Position numbers and translations under genes: made by a program. From positions 74,095 through 138,094 of the forward strand of contig JAANOX010000225.1 in NCBI GenBank assembly GCA_020184695.1: a DNA stretch of 64,000 bases, read 5' to 3'. This document shows, one piece after another, positions 42,562-54,408 of the stretch (position 1 is the stretch's first letter; the number at the start of each line of letters is the position of its first letter). The stretch comes from Histomonas meleagridis 2922-C6/04-290x. Taxonomy: Eukaryota > Protista > Parabasalia. A model generated the notes under the pieces. That model did not search any database, was not told the origin of the DNA, and saw only the letters and a program-made list of their open reading frames with translations.

Positions 42562-45500
42562 ATGGATAAGCAAATAACCGAACAATTAACATCAATATTA
42601 TTATCAAACATACAGCATGAGATATATCCTGAGCATGCATCCATTGATGAAATAATTTATTTTTCTGCATATGCATGGTTATCTGGGAAGAAAAAATATC
42701 AAATAACTCTTGATAAAATATGCAAAATCAATCAAAGAGATTGTATCAAAATTCTTTTAATAAATATGAAGAATGCAATTTTCCAAGGAGAAAAAACCAC
42801 AACATTATTTCTTCGAAAGTATTTTATCATTAATGAAATGATACAAAATATTTCTGATTTAAAATATGATACATATTATGATAATGAATTAATTACATTG
42901 TTATTTTTAAAGCTTCCTTCAAAATATGAAAAACTTCAATCTAAAGTTGATCAATCAATATGGATCATTTTGAAATTATTCATAAAAAAAGGAATGAATC
43001 CAATAAATTTCGACTTGATTCAAAAAGAGGGAATGAAACCAGATTATGCATTAACAATGTTAAATCATATATTAGAGATTAATTGCACTAAAAGTACTTT
43101 CATTGGTTGTATTAAAATTATTCCACAAATATTAGAAATTGTTCCATCAGAACAAAAAAATAATGCAGCTAGATTAATATATTCAATTTTTGATTCATTT
43201 TCTTCTAATAACCCATTTCTTTATGAAGAATTATTAAGTGAAATAAATGTAGATGATGTTAATGCATTGCAACAGAAAATTCATGATATGAAAATAAATC
43301 ATGATGGAGATTATGAACATTTATTTTGCGTATTAAATTCTTTATGCGCAAAAACAAATCCGGTAATTTCTTCAAAAGGAAAAGGTTTTCTTTATTCAAT
43401 TGTACAGCAAGCATCAGCTCGGAAAACTAAAAAAAATCAAATGAAATCACTTCCACATTGTTTGCTTAATGTCGAAATGTTTTATGGCTCAATAGTAATG
43501 GATAATATAACTATGTATCATGAATACAAAGAACATCAACAGAAGAAGTTTGAGAAATATATTTTTCTCAAACAGCATAAAAAGCCAATAATTAATCAAG
43601 AATTTGCTATAACATTTTTACCAAAATATACTGCATTGAGCTTCTATGTAAAATCATTTAATAGTGATGCATATAAAACATTAATAGTATATAAAGAATC
43701 ATTTGGTGATATTGCATATTTGATTTTTTTAGATTTAATATATAATGGATATCCAAGAATGATTGACTTAAGTATAACTAAGAATACTCTCATGAAAGAA
43801 TTAAAATCACGTTTATTTACATTAACTCAATTTCTGAAGGAAAATCAAGGAGAAGTTTCTGAAGATATAAATGTTTTTATAAACTTAGTTACACAATTTT
43901 TTTATGATAAACAATTACTTTCATATCAAAAGCTAAATGATTTCTTAGAATCCATTTTGAATTTTGATGAAATTTGCGAAATGATAACATTGTTCATCCT
44001 AATTACTACTGGAAATTTATCTGATAAAATCACAAACTTGCTTCATATATTTGCCAAAATATTTAATTTCGAATTATTTTTCCAAAAAATAATTCTAGAA
44101 ACATCTAAAAAGGAAATAGATCAAAGAATCCTTGAACTTATCAAATTATTTTTAGCAGAAACCAAAAAATTGATTTCAATGGCTTCCCCAATAGCAACAT
44201 TTCTTCCACTTATATTTTATAAATTTTTAATTTGGCTATTAGAAATTGAAAAAGTAACAAAAACAAAAATAGAAAAGAAATCAACCAACATAATAATTTC
44301 AATATCAATATTACTTCATGCAGTAACTTCAAGTAAAATTTTAAAGAAAATAGAAAAAACTTTACATTTATTTGATCAAATCGAAAAGAAACATATTTTT
44401 CCAATAAAAGATTTAAGAGATGATAAAACTATTTCATCATCTGTTGAAATTATTTTCTTAGCATGGACATCAAGTTTATTAGCAATAACACAAAAATCTA
44501 GTTCAATGCTTGAAATTCCTTGGGATCTTAACTTACAATCTTATCCAAATTCGTTTGAAGCTTCTCTAGAAATTTTTTCATGTTGTACTTCATTTTTATG
44601 TCAATATGTATTTTTAGTTTCTTCAATGGTAATAATTGGTAAAGACAAATTTAAACCATCTCAACAATTTTTTCGTGTATGTATAAAATACATTGAAACA
44701 ATTGATTTTGTAAATACAAATTTTACAATGGTATTTAAGAATTTAAATCCATGTTTATATAAAAAATTTATATTTAATGTCGAACAAATTATATATGAGA
44801 AATATCAAAACCTTGAATTTTCTAAACAAGTTTTTTGGGTAAACATTGTGAATTTATTAAATTATTCATTAAATAACACAGAATTTCCTAAAGAATTTTT
44901 ACCAAATTATGAAGAATTAATATCTTTAATTTCTTCGATGATTCATTTTGATGCTTTTGATGATAATCCATCTGAAATATTTATTTCATTATGTGATCTT
45001 ATAATTTCAGTATATTCGATTCCTATAAAGAAAAGTCAATCATTTTCTAAATCATTAACAATAAAGTTTTTATATTTGTTAATAAAGTATATTAATACTT
45101 CATTAGTCAATAATATTAAAGTTACATCTAAAATTTGTGATGTTTTGCCACTTCTTTTCAAAAAATTCTCATATAACTTTTATGAAGCATATCCATATCT
45201 ATCAGAAACATCGATTTATGAAAAAGAAAAATCATTATATCTATTTATTCTATCTGTTTTTGATCAAATTATAACAAAAACAAGGAAAAAAACACTTATT
45301 CATACAATACAAAAATGTCTTTATTATATACTTCAAAGAAATGCTTCTCAAGTATGGAAATTATATCTTGAATATTCAAAAGTTTCTCATCAGCTTCTTA
45401 CTTCTATTTTATTTGAATCATTAACATGTCTTTTTAATGTTGAATATCATTCAACAAATATACCATCAAAAAAAATGTTTCCACAAATATCTATATCTTC

Positions 45501-48500
45501 TGATGAAAAAATTCGAAGTTTCTCTATTGAGAAAAATCAATTTTCAAAACCATTATCAATGATTCCACCAAAAATGTCTTTAGCTCCGAACACATTAAAA
45601 AGTAAACATATTTCACCACAACTAGCACTTAAAAATTTATATAAAATATCACATCAAAGAAATATTACGAATTCTTCACAAATTAAAATGGAATATAAAA
45701 ATAAAATATTTGACTTTTTAACAAATGATAATTTTAATATTTTTATTAATCCTCCAACATTAAATTTTCTATTTTTTAAAGCAGCAATTTCATGTTGTAT
45801 ATCATTTGGTATATATGAAAAACTATTTCAAGTAATGACTTTATCATTTGCTTCTACTAATATGAATTTATATGAAAAAAATCAATATTCGAAATTTTAT
45901 ATAACATTTTTTACATTTCTAATTCAAGATTGGCAATTAGAAGATTTTATTTTGTTTGCAAAAAAGCAAAAAATTGTTCAATTTATAGAATCATTTAAAC
46001 CATCAATGGCATTTGTATATTTTCTTCATCTTTTTAATAAAATAGTAAAAAATATTGATATTGTAATATCACTTATTATTCATTGTTTTATTGTACCAAT
46101 AATGGATGAACCATTACAATATTCATTAACAATAGATACCACAAAATTAGATTTGGATTCATCTATATTTTCACAACTTTTAAAAGAGTATAATGCATTT
46201 AGAAATATTGTAATAACAATTTTAAAGGCAGAAGCATATTTTCCAATTCTTGAAACTCATCCAATTGAAAAGAACATTGATATATTATATAAATATATAT
46301 CTCAAAGGCCATCTGTTATAGATACTAGAGATAAAAATAAAAATTCATTTGCAGATGAAATAAAAATTCCGAAACCAAATTATCAAAATCTTCATATAAT
46401 AAATCAACCATCAAATTGGATTAAAAAAGTTAGAAATAAAAATACAAACAATAAAATATATTATATATTACCAGATCAAATACCAAATTTAGATTATGAT
46501 TTAATATTATATGATTTTTATTCACATTTAAGTAACAAAGAAAACAAAATAATATTTTATTTAAATGCTTCATATATTCCTCCACAAACATTTGATAAGT
46601 TCCTTAGGTTTATTAAAATGATGTCTGAATCATTTACCAAAAAAGTCTCTAAAATCATTTTGATTAATCCTAATTCATCAGTAATATCATATCTTCGAAG
46701 AAGTGATTCAACATCTTTGATGAATAAAATACAAATTACAAATAGTGCAGAAACAGAAATTCTTGAGAATGAACCAATATATCTTCCAATGAATGCATTT
46801 AGTGAAGATATTAAAAATCATGGATATTTCAAAGTTAAATCACTTGGAATAGATTCCAAACTATATATTGGTGATGATTCATTTATTTTATATTCTGATG
46901 GGAAAATACATGATAAAAAATATGTTGTATTAAGGGAGTTATTAATTGATCAAATATCTTCATGTGAAATAAATGAAAATATATTAATATTTAGTATTGT
47001 TCAGAATAATACTCTTTTTAAAGTAAAACTTAATAGTGAAGCCAAAAAATATATTAAAAATGCATATACTTGTATGAAAATGAAAAAAGAATTAGCTATA
47101 AATAAAGTTTCAAATAATTATAATTCGCCAAGTTATAGAGAAGAATGTATTGCAGTAGCAATTTATGTTCTTGCATCAGGCGTTTCAATATTATATCAAC
47201 CTGCTTATCAACTTCTTGAAGCAGCAATTCGAGATGGAGATAAATTATGTAATTGTGATATTCAAGATTATACAACAGTATCAAATATTCTTGTTAGTTT
47301 TTATGAAGAAATTAAAGAAAAAGGTTTAATTGATAATGTTTCACTTTTAATTGCAGATTTAATACCTTTTTTATTGCCACCAAAATCTGATAATACATTT
47401 GTTTTATCAAATACTGCAATTACTTTCCTACAAAATGTATTACCTTTGTTTCTTATATTTATGAATTCATCAACTAATAAATATTGTATATCGAAAATAA
47501 CAAATATTTTGCTTGAAGTTTCAAAAAGTTCAATTGGGCTTTCGATATTAGAGAAAAACTTTTGGTGTGATATTAAATCAAAAATAGGTCTAAAATTTTC
47601 ATTACAAAATATAATAATATCTAATCTTTCATTATCGATAATACAAAGAACGATTCATTCACTTCTTGAATGTAATTATATTTATGTTGGTAAATTATTA
47701 TTATATCATCATCTAGATGGTGTTACTCAACGTAAGAATTATTGTAAAGAATTAAACTTAGAGAAAATTTTTTCAATTCTTGCTTCGATTCCTTTTTTAT
47801 TTCCTGAATTAATTCTCCAAAATCTTCCGCAAATATTCTTTTGTTCGATTATGAGTGGAATTCATGCGCCTAAATCAGTAACAGAGAAAGTTTCGATATT
47901 TATTGACTTAGTTCTTAATTCTATTGGTACATATCATACAAACATTGATATAAATAAATATAAAGGTATTATAATGAATTTGCAACAACGAAAAGTATCA
48001 TTAGTTGATATGGTTTATATGGGACAAAAATTAATAAAATCTGTTAATAAAAATGATAAAAAGGAATTTTTGAATTTAATGATGAATTATGAAGTTGGTG
48101 ATAATCCGGATATATGGTATTTAAAGGCTTTTATTCATGTTCAAAAAAGTAATGATACATCACAATATACTATAATTGCACAACGATATCTATTTCTTCT
48201 TCCTAAAATGCTTGATGATGAATATAGAGTACAAAAGTTATATATGGTATTTACTACTTTTATTAAAGTAATTAATTCTTTTCCATCTGATTCTTTAATA
48301 TTAGTACTTTTATTTTGGGCAGCAATGATATTATCTAATCATTCATATACAAATCTAAGAAATTCCGCACTTTTCTTAATGAGTAAAATATTATGTTCAA
48401 TTACAATCGAAGAATATCATAAAGGAACTCAAAATATTTCTACATATGCTGAAAGTCAAAGTATTAAATCATTTAGTGAATCATTAAATATTAATTTTAA

Positions 48501-49140
48501 TGAAGATTTCGCATTTTCACTTATGATTTCCTTGACCAAATCATTTGAAGAAATAGATTCAAGAAAAAACGCATTAAATTGTATGAAAGATTTAATTAAT
48601 TCTTCAGTGAATTATCCAATGCTTGCAATAATATATACACTTCCATTTATATCTTATTGTAGTGAAGATTATTCATGGATATTAAAATTAGGATTTAAAG
48701 ATGTCGATACAAGTTCTTTCCCAAGTTTCATATTCTCTGGATTCGATAAAAGAAAAGAAGTTGAAATTAATAATATCATGAATTATTTCGAAATGGTTTA
48801 TGGTGATAGATATTGTTTACATAAGTTAGAAGCTATCTCGGAATGTTTAATATATGGTGTGAATAATTTCCCTGATTACTTTGGAAGAATTGCTAATAAA
48901 ATACAAGAGAAAACAATGAGAATTTGGGAATTAATAAAAATGGGAATAAAATTTGAAATAATGTCATCCGTTCTTTCATGTTTCATGAATCCAAAGTTTA
49001 AGAACATTGAACAAATAACTGTTTCATTGAAAAGAAATGAGGATCATTTAAATGATGATGTATTACTGACGTATATTAATGCATGCATTAATAAATTGTT
49101 CAATTTATTAAGTGAAGAAAGTCAAAATGCATCTAATTGA
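42562..49140 (+). CDS. Neurofibromin/Ira-like giant protein (Sec14-PH-like module, degenerate RasGAP-like region)
   Basis: Sec14-like KKVSKIILINPNS. AIYVLASG..LYQPAYQLL, LFWAAMIL....LRNSALFLM and LNINFNEDFAFSL parallel the NF1 C-terminal motifs. Inr-like TCATTTT lies just upstream. Confidence 0.68.
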   Translation: MDKQITEQLTSILLSNIQHEIYPEHASIDEIIYFSAYAWLSGKKKYQITLDKICKINQRDCIKILLINMKNAIFQGEKTTTLFLRKYFIINEMIQNISDLKYDTYYDNELITLLFLKLPSKYEKLQSKVDQSIWIILKLFIKKGMNPINFDLIQKEGMKPDYALTMLNHILEINCTKSTFIGCIKIIPQILEIVPSEQKNNAARLIYSIFDSFSSNNPFLYEELLSEINVDDVNALQQKIHDMKINHDGDYEHLFCVLNSLCAKTNPVISSKGKGFLYSIVQQASARKTKKNQMKSLPHCLLNVEMFYGSIVMDNITMYHEYKEHQQKKFEKYIFLKQHKKPIINQEFAITFLPKYTALSFYVKSFNSDAYKTLIVYKESFGDIAYLIFLDLIYNGYPRMIDLSITKNTLMKELKSRLFTLTQFLKENQGEVSEDINVFINLVTQFFYDKQLLSYQKLNDFLESILNFDEICEMITLFILITTGNLSDKITNLLHIFAKIFNFELFFQKIILETSKKEIDQRILELIKLFLAETKKLISMASPIATFLPLIFYKFLIWLLEIEKVTKTKIEKKSTNIIISISILLHAVTSSKILKKIEKTLHLFDQIEKKHIFPIKDLRDDKTISSSVEIIFLAWTSSLLAITQKSSSMLEIPWDLNLQSYPNSFEASLEIFSCCTSFLCQYVFLVSSMVIIGKDKFKPSQQFFRVCIKYIETIDFVNTNFTMVFKNLNPCLYKKFIFNVEQIIYEKYQNLEFSKQVFWVNIVNLLNYSLNNTEFPKEFLPNYEELISLISSMIHFDAFDDNPSEIFISLCDLIISVYSIPIKKSQSFSKSLTIKFLYLLIKYINTSLVNNIKVTSKICDVLPLLFKKFSYNFYEAYPYLSETSIYEKEKSLYLFILSVFDQIITKTRKKTLIHTIQKCLYYILQRNASQVWKLYLEYSKVSHQLLTSILFESLTCLFNVEYHSTNIPSKKMFPQISISSDEKIRSFSIEKNQFSKPLSMIPPKMSLAPNTLKSKHISPQLALKNLYKISHQRNITNSSQIKMEYKNKIFDFLTNDNFNIFINPPTLNFLFFKAAISCCISFGIYEKLFQVMTLSFASTNMNLYEKNQYSKFYITFFTFLIQDWQLEDFILFAKKQKIVQFIESFKPSMAFVYFLHLFNKIVKNIDIVISLIIHCFIVPIMDEPLQYSLTIDTTKLDLDSSIFSQLLKEYNAFRNIVITILKAEAYFPILETHPIEKNIDILYKYISQRPSVIDTRDKNKNSFADEIKIPKPNYQNLHIINQPSNWIKKVRNKNTNNKIYYILPDQIPNLDYDLILYDFYSHLSNKENKIIFYLNASYIPPQTFDKFLRFIKMMSESFTKKVSKIILINPNSSVISYLRRSDSTSLMNKIQITNSAETEILENEPIYLPMNAFSEDIKNHGYFKVKSLGIDSKLYIGDDSFILYSDGKIHDKKYVVLRELLIDQISSCEINENILIFSIVQNNTLFKVKLNSEAKKYIKNAYTCMKMKKELAINKVSNNYNSPSYREECIAVAIYVLASGVSILYQPAYQLLEAAIRDGDKLCNCDIQDYTTVSNILVSFYEEIKEKGLIDNVSLLIADLIPFLLPPKSDNTFVLSNTAITFLQNVLPLFLIFMNSSTNKYCISKITNILLEVSKSSIGLSILEKNFWCDIKSKIGLKFSLQNIIISNLSLSIIQRTIHSLLECNYIYVGKLLLYHHLDGVTQRKNYCKELNLEKIFSILASIPFLFPELILQNLPQIFFCSIMSGIHAPKSVTEKVSIFIDLVLNSIGTYHTNIDINKYKGIIMNLQQRKVSLVDMVYMGQKLIKSVNKNDKKEFLNLMMNYEVGDNPDIWYLKAFIHVQKSNDTSQYTIIAQRYLFLLPKMLDDEYRVQKLYMVFTTFIKVINSFPSDSLILVLLFWAAMILSNHSYTNLRNSALFLMSKILCSITIEEYHKGTQNISTYAESQSIKSFSESLNINFNEDFAFSLMISLTKSFEEIDSRKNALNCMKDLINSSVNYPMLAIIYTLPFISYCSEDYSWILKLGFKDVDTSSFPSFIFSGFDKRKEVEINNIMNYFEMVYGDRYCLHKLEAISECLIYGVNNFPDYFGRIANKIQEKTMRIWELIKMGIKFEIMSSVLSCFMNPKFKNIEQITVSLKRNEDHLNDDVLLTYINACINKLFNLLSEESQNASN

Positions 49141-50460
49141 AATGCTGCAACATAATTGTTTGAATATTTTTTATGTTGATGACCAATATGTCAATAAAAA
49201 ATTATTTAAACGATTTTTGAATATGTTTAAATGCTTCACGAGATCAAAAAATGCATATATATATTATGGGATGCTGAGAAAATCCTCGACTAGAAATTCT
49301 CTAGGTTTTTCATTTTCAATGTTTTATCTTTGCCTATATAATGTGATTAAAATATTAGATCAAATCTTCAGATCGAAGACTATATCGATCTCTTTGAAAT
49401 TTTATAATTTATAAATTATAAACTAACATATTAATAATTAAGGTCATTTAGAAAATCCATTGTTGATTTATGATAAAAGAAATATCAATATTTCAATAAT
49501 TTTATCGCAACCACATAGCTCTTTAATATTTACATATAAAATCAGAAGTGATTATCGCATTCACTTTATAATAAATTAGTCAATGTATTTGAATACTTTA
49601 CATGCATAAACTATAGAAATAATTTCTGTAATACAAACTTTTTGAGCGTTCGTAATTCAAAGGTGTTCGATGTTTGCTTGATGACAAAAGATGTCATTTG
49701 GTTACTTTAATTTTTTAACAGAATTAATATACAAATTCATTCTGGAACCTATGTCACTTTTCATAAAAAAAAACATCGCGTTTCAGCTTTGTGAACATCT
49801 TCCGATTGCAAAAACAATAAAACACGTATCAGCAAAAGTTGAACCAACGAAACGAAAAAAGGCGGGACGGTTGAAGCTCTCTGTATCGTTTTTGACTGAT
49901 TTATCAATAAGTTTCTCAAGTTTTCACACGGATGTGTGTTTTCTTCTTGGCTTTCCCTATGCATTTCTTTTGTTTATTACGAATCTCTCAACAAAATTCA
50001 GGTTCAAAGATTTTTAGTAATCAATTATCTATTTCTCAAACTTTTAAACACTCCATTTCCCTTACTTCAGAATCCAAAGGGGATACATACTTTACATTCT
50101 CATCTCGTGACGAAGCGAATGTATCCATTAAAGAAACAAATTTTATTATGCTAAAAGATAATGAATCCAATCCATTTAATATCAGTGCAGGAAAATATCA
50201 TTGGCATTTCCCTTTATTAAAATCACCAATTTCATATGTTGAACATTATTTCAAATTCTTTTCTTTAGTGCTTAATCATTTCTCATTGAAAGCACATTTA
50301 GCAATGCCAATGAATGGTAGTTTCATAAAGAAAATGTTCAAATTCAATGAAAATGCCCAAGCTCTAATGCGTTACTTTTTTATTTTGGGATTTTTATCGT
50401 TTTATGAAATTATATTTTTATTTAACAAATTGAAAACAAACGAAAAGAAAAAACATAAAA

Positions 50461-51961
50461 ATGTTTTAATTTTTGTTATATTTTTCATAAATTCTTTTCA
50501 TTTATTTTATGATCATAATTTAACATTAACAATAACAAACTCAAGTGATTTTGAAGAAATTGAACAATATAAAGACAACACGAAATATATATATATATTA
50601 GTGAAGGAATTTATACCATTCCAGCTAATTCATTTTCAGGATGGCCATCAGTTATTTCAGTTAATTTTGGTAATTCTATAACAGATATTGGTGTTAGGGC
50701 GTTTTCATCATGTTCTAATTTAGAAATTATTATTTTTGGAGAAAATGTTACAATAATTGGTGATTCAGCATTTTCAACATGTTCATCAATCAAAAACATT
50801 ACAATTCCAAATTCAGTCACAAACATTGGAAATTATGCGTTTTCATCATGTTCTAATTTAGAAATGATTATTTTTGGAGAAAATGTTGCAATAATTGGTA
50901 GTGGAGCATTTTCATCATGTTTATCAATCAAAAACATTACAATTCCAAATTCAGTCACAAAAATTGGTGGTCATGCGTTTTCATTCTGTTCTAATTTAAT
51001 GATATTAACACTTGGGTATGGAATAACAGAAATTGGCGTATCAGCATTTGGAAATTGTAACGCACTTGAATGCATTTATTATTATGGAACTAACGAACCA
51101 AATATTGGAGAAAATGCATTTTCTAATATTAAAACAACAACAGTTATAACATATCCAACATATATCAAAAGTAACTTTGGGATATTAAATGTTATCAAAT
51201 CATATTCAGAAGGAAACTGCAAACCAATTCCAACACTTTCATTTTCATCATCACATACATTCAGTCGAAGTAATACATATTCACAGTCAAACACATTCAT
51301 TAGAAGTAACACATATTCACAGTCAAATACATTCAGTCGAAGTAACACATATTCTCAGTCAAATACATTCATTAGAAGTAACACATATTCTCAGTCAAAT
51401 ACATATTCTCAATCGCATGCATTCAGTATTGATACATTTGCAAAATCAAATACATTTACTGAATCATTTCAAAATGATTTAACGAAATCTTTTTCATACC
51501 TGTTAACAGTCACATTATCATTTACATATTCATTTACTTATTACGAAATACAAACAAAATCACTTTTACTATATACAATTAATTCATCGAATGCTTATAT
51601 TGAAACAGAATTTATATATTATGATTACACAGTTATTATTTATTCAACTTATTATATTTATTATTCGAACTTCTTTACATTTATTTATAACAATGAATTT
51701 CAAACAATTGATAATAAAACAACAATTATCATAATAATCGTTTGCGTTATTGTTGCTGTTATTATTATAATTTCATTACTTATTATATTATTGATACGAA
51801 TTAAAAATAAAAAAGAAGAAATTGACGAGAATGAAATTTCAGAACAACAAAATGATAACCAAACCACAAACACATTCACAACAGGAATATCTATATCAAA
51901 TATCGAAGAAGATCCATTTGCAGATGACTTCAAAGAAGATAAATTCATTGAGCAAATGTAA
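50461..51961 (+). CDS. BspA-like type I surface protein (signal, LRR_5, Ser/Thr stalk, TM, acidic DPF tail), with two frameshifts near the 5' end
   Basis: LRR repeats AFSSCSNLE.IIFGENV..IG, TM IIIIIVCVIVAVIIIISLLIILL and tail EEDPFADDF. Indels at ATGTTTTAA (50461) and in the (AT)n run at about 50585-50597; the intact part is 50864-51961. Confidence 0.8.
51252..51415 (+). repeat. 18-nt tandem repeat with 36-nt higher order (SNTFSR/SNTYSQ stalk)
   Basis: Alternating units seen directly in DNA and protein. Confidence 0.9.
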
Positions 51962-52321
51962 TTAAGATAAATAAATAATAAAATGTAGTGTGTTCTAAAT
52001 GTGAATCATTTTTAGTATTCAAAGTCACCACGTTATTTTCCAACATTAATTTTAGTATTGTGCTTTTGTTTATGTAAAACTTTTGAAAAAATTATTATAG
52101 TTTAATATTATTAATTAAATGTACTTATTGGTGATCATTTGCATTGACATTATGTGGTAGCATTGGTCAAATTTTAATTGATTTAAATAAAGCCCTTTCT
52201 GTATTATTTATTTTTTTTCATGCAAATTTGTAGGGCATATCTCAACCATTTTTTGGTTGAGAAACAATTATTTTCATTAAACCAACATTTTTTTTTTGAT
52301 GTATTTAATAAGCTATTTTGT

Positions 52322-53421
52322 ATCATGATTATGATCTTTTGAGGCATACTCATCATGTATATGATCTGGTGGAAATTTTTCAGTTTATCAGTTAATTCGT
52401 TATAACTATGAGTATGTTCTGCAGGTGGAAATGACTGTGGTTTATCAGTTAAATCATTATAACTATGTGTATGAGCTTTTGAAGCATAGTTTGTATGTTC
52501 ATGATCTTTTTTAGCATGAATCTCATCATATATTATGATTATTTAAAGATATTTCAGATGTAACTACATCATTTATAGAGGCACATTGAATATTACCATT
52601 ATCTCCGAACCTTGATAATGAATCAGTTTTTGATTTAAAATCTAATGAATTAGTATTTGCAGTAATTCTCCATGCATTATTTTTATCATAATCTGCATTA
52701 TTATGCATATCAATATATTGTCCAACTTCTACAACACCATCTTCTTTCAATGTGATAATAGATGGTACATATAATTTTGTATCCCATTCACCACCTTCTG
52801 CTGTTGACAATTGACAACCATTTAATGAAGTAACTTGTACGGTCCCATTTACTGTTAAATCATTATTTATTGTATTATGTGTATGACTTTTTGACGAATA
52901 TTTTTCATCTGTTTGTAATTTATTATAATATAATTGTGGGATTGTAATCGAAGTTATAGTATTAAGTTTTTCTGTTATTTGATCATTTGTAGAATAATTT
53001 TCTAAAACTTTTTGTAAGTCATTTTGATCAATAATTTCAGGAGCAGCAACAACATTAGTTTTTATACCTTTCGTAGCATTCTCAATACTAAACATTAATA
53101 AAAATGATTTTTTTATTTAATAAATTAATAATAATTCTGACATAAAATATTCTGGATCAATTTCTTTACCATTCATTTCTATAAACCATATTTTAAATTT
53201 TTATTTTCTACTTTTATATTCATATTTCTTATATTTAGTTCTATTTTTATTCGTATAAATACAAAAATAATCTACATAATGATCACGTTCAATGAAATTA
53301 GCATTGAAACATCGAAGAACATAACAGGGGACGATTTTTAGTGGTTATACAAGGTTTTCGATGGAATTATGTGTAAAGTGGTATAAAAGTACTATTGTCT
53401 ATATCAAAAAGTTTCGCGTTC
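52322..53421 (-). mobile_element. Truncated inverted fragment of the Maverick-like element
   Basis: Reverse complement aligns by eye with 58358-59600 (MFSIENATKGIK..., RTKYKKYEYKSRK, gaacgcgaa...ctttttgata), with an internal deletion of about 200 nt. Confidence 0.85.
52526..53095 (-). pseudogene. N-terminal part of the fibre-like gene in the inverted Maverick fragment
   Basis: 189-aa ORF with EDGVVEVGQYIDMH; frameshifts into His-x-His repeats and is truncated. Confidence 0.75.
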
Positions 53422-54408
53422 ATTGGAATATGCCATCAATATATTTGAAATGTTTTTGCTAGATTTGAAAAAAATTTAATATCAATATATTATATAATGA
53501 AATGAAATAAGTAATATTTCATTATTTCCCAAATAATTTTTGAATTTTTGATTTCTTAATAGAATCATTTTATTCGATCATTATGATGATTATGAAATGA
53601 AGTACATAAATTTCTGAAGATCACTCCAAGAAGGATTCTCAATTTTCCATGAATTGTATCTATAATCGCCGTCATCATCATCGAATATAAACTATGCAAA
53701 AGTCGATTTTTATCACTTTTTGAAATGAAAGAATAAATTTATTTCGTGCTAATCGATATATTATCTTTAGTTTTGTATCAATCATATGCAACTATGTATT
53801 TATATATGATATATCCATAATATCAAGATCGTAGTATGATCAATATATACAATTATAATCCGATTATAAGTTTCTGATATCATTTTAAGAGCTATTCGAA
53901 GTCAAATTTGAATGTATGGACGTATAAAATTCAACCAATCAGCTCTTATCGTTCTCAAAAACAATTTCAGAATAAAGCTCGTACAAGAATCGGTGGTATT
54001 GACTCATATTCGGAAAAATAGAAAAACCAACATCATTCTCACATAGAATGTCAAATAAATTAGAAAATGTCATATATTTAAAATTAGAAAGCACATGAGT
54101 AATATGATATAAAAAAAATTGATGATAAATGTATCTCAAGTCAGTATTATATAGATCATTTGCAAATTAAATTTGTATAGATATTCATTCGATAAAATTA
54201 AACATTTTGCTAAAATACAAAAATTTAAAAAAAAAAATGCATCAAATAAATTCAATGGGAATCGTTATCATCAGAAAAAAATCTATCGTTAGTTTCAAGA
54301 TGTGTTTTACACTTTAATGTACGTTATGAAATTTCGACGGTTAAAATCCTTTCTTAGATATGGGATCAACCCAAAACAATCATACGAAGTATTCCAAAAA
54401 ATCATCAA

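Noticed and set aside
49932-50460. 5' part of the 249-aa ORF as a real protein
   Set aside because: It starts at a non-ATG codon and reads like AT-rich intergenic sequence; only its 3' end belongs to the BspA gene start.
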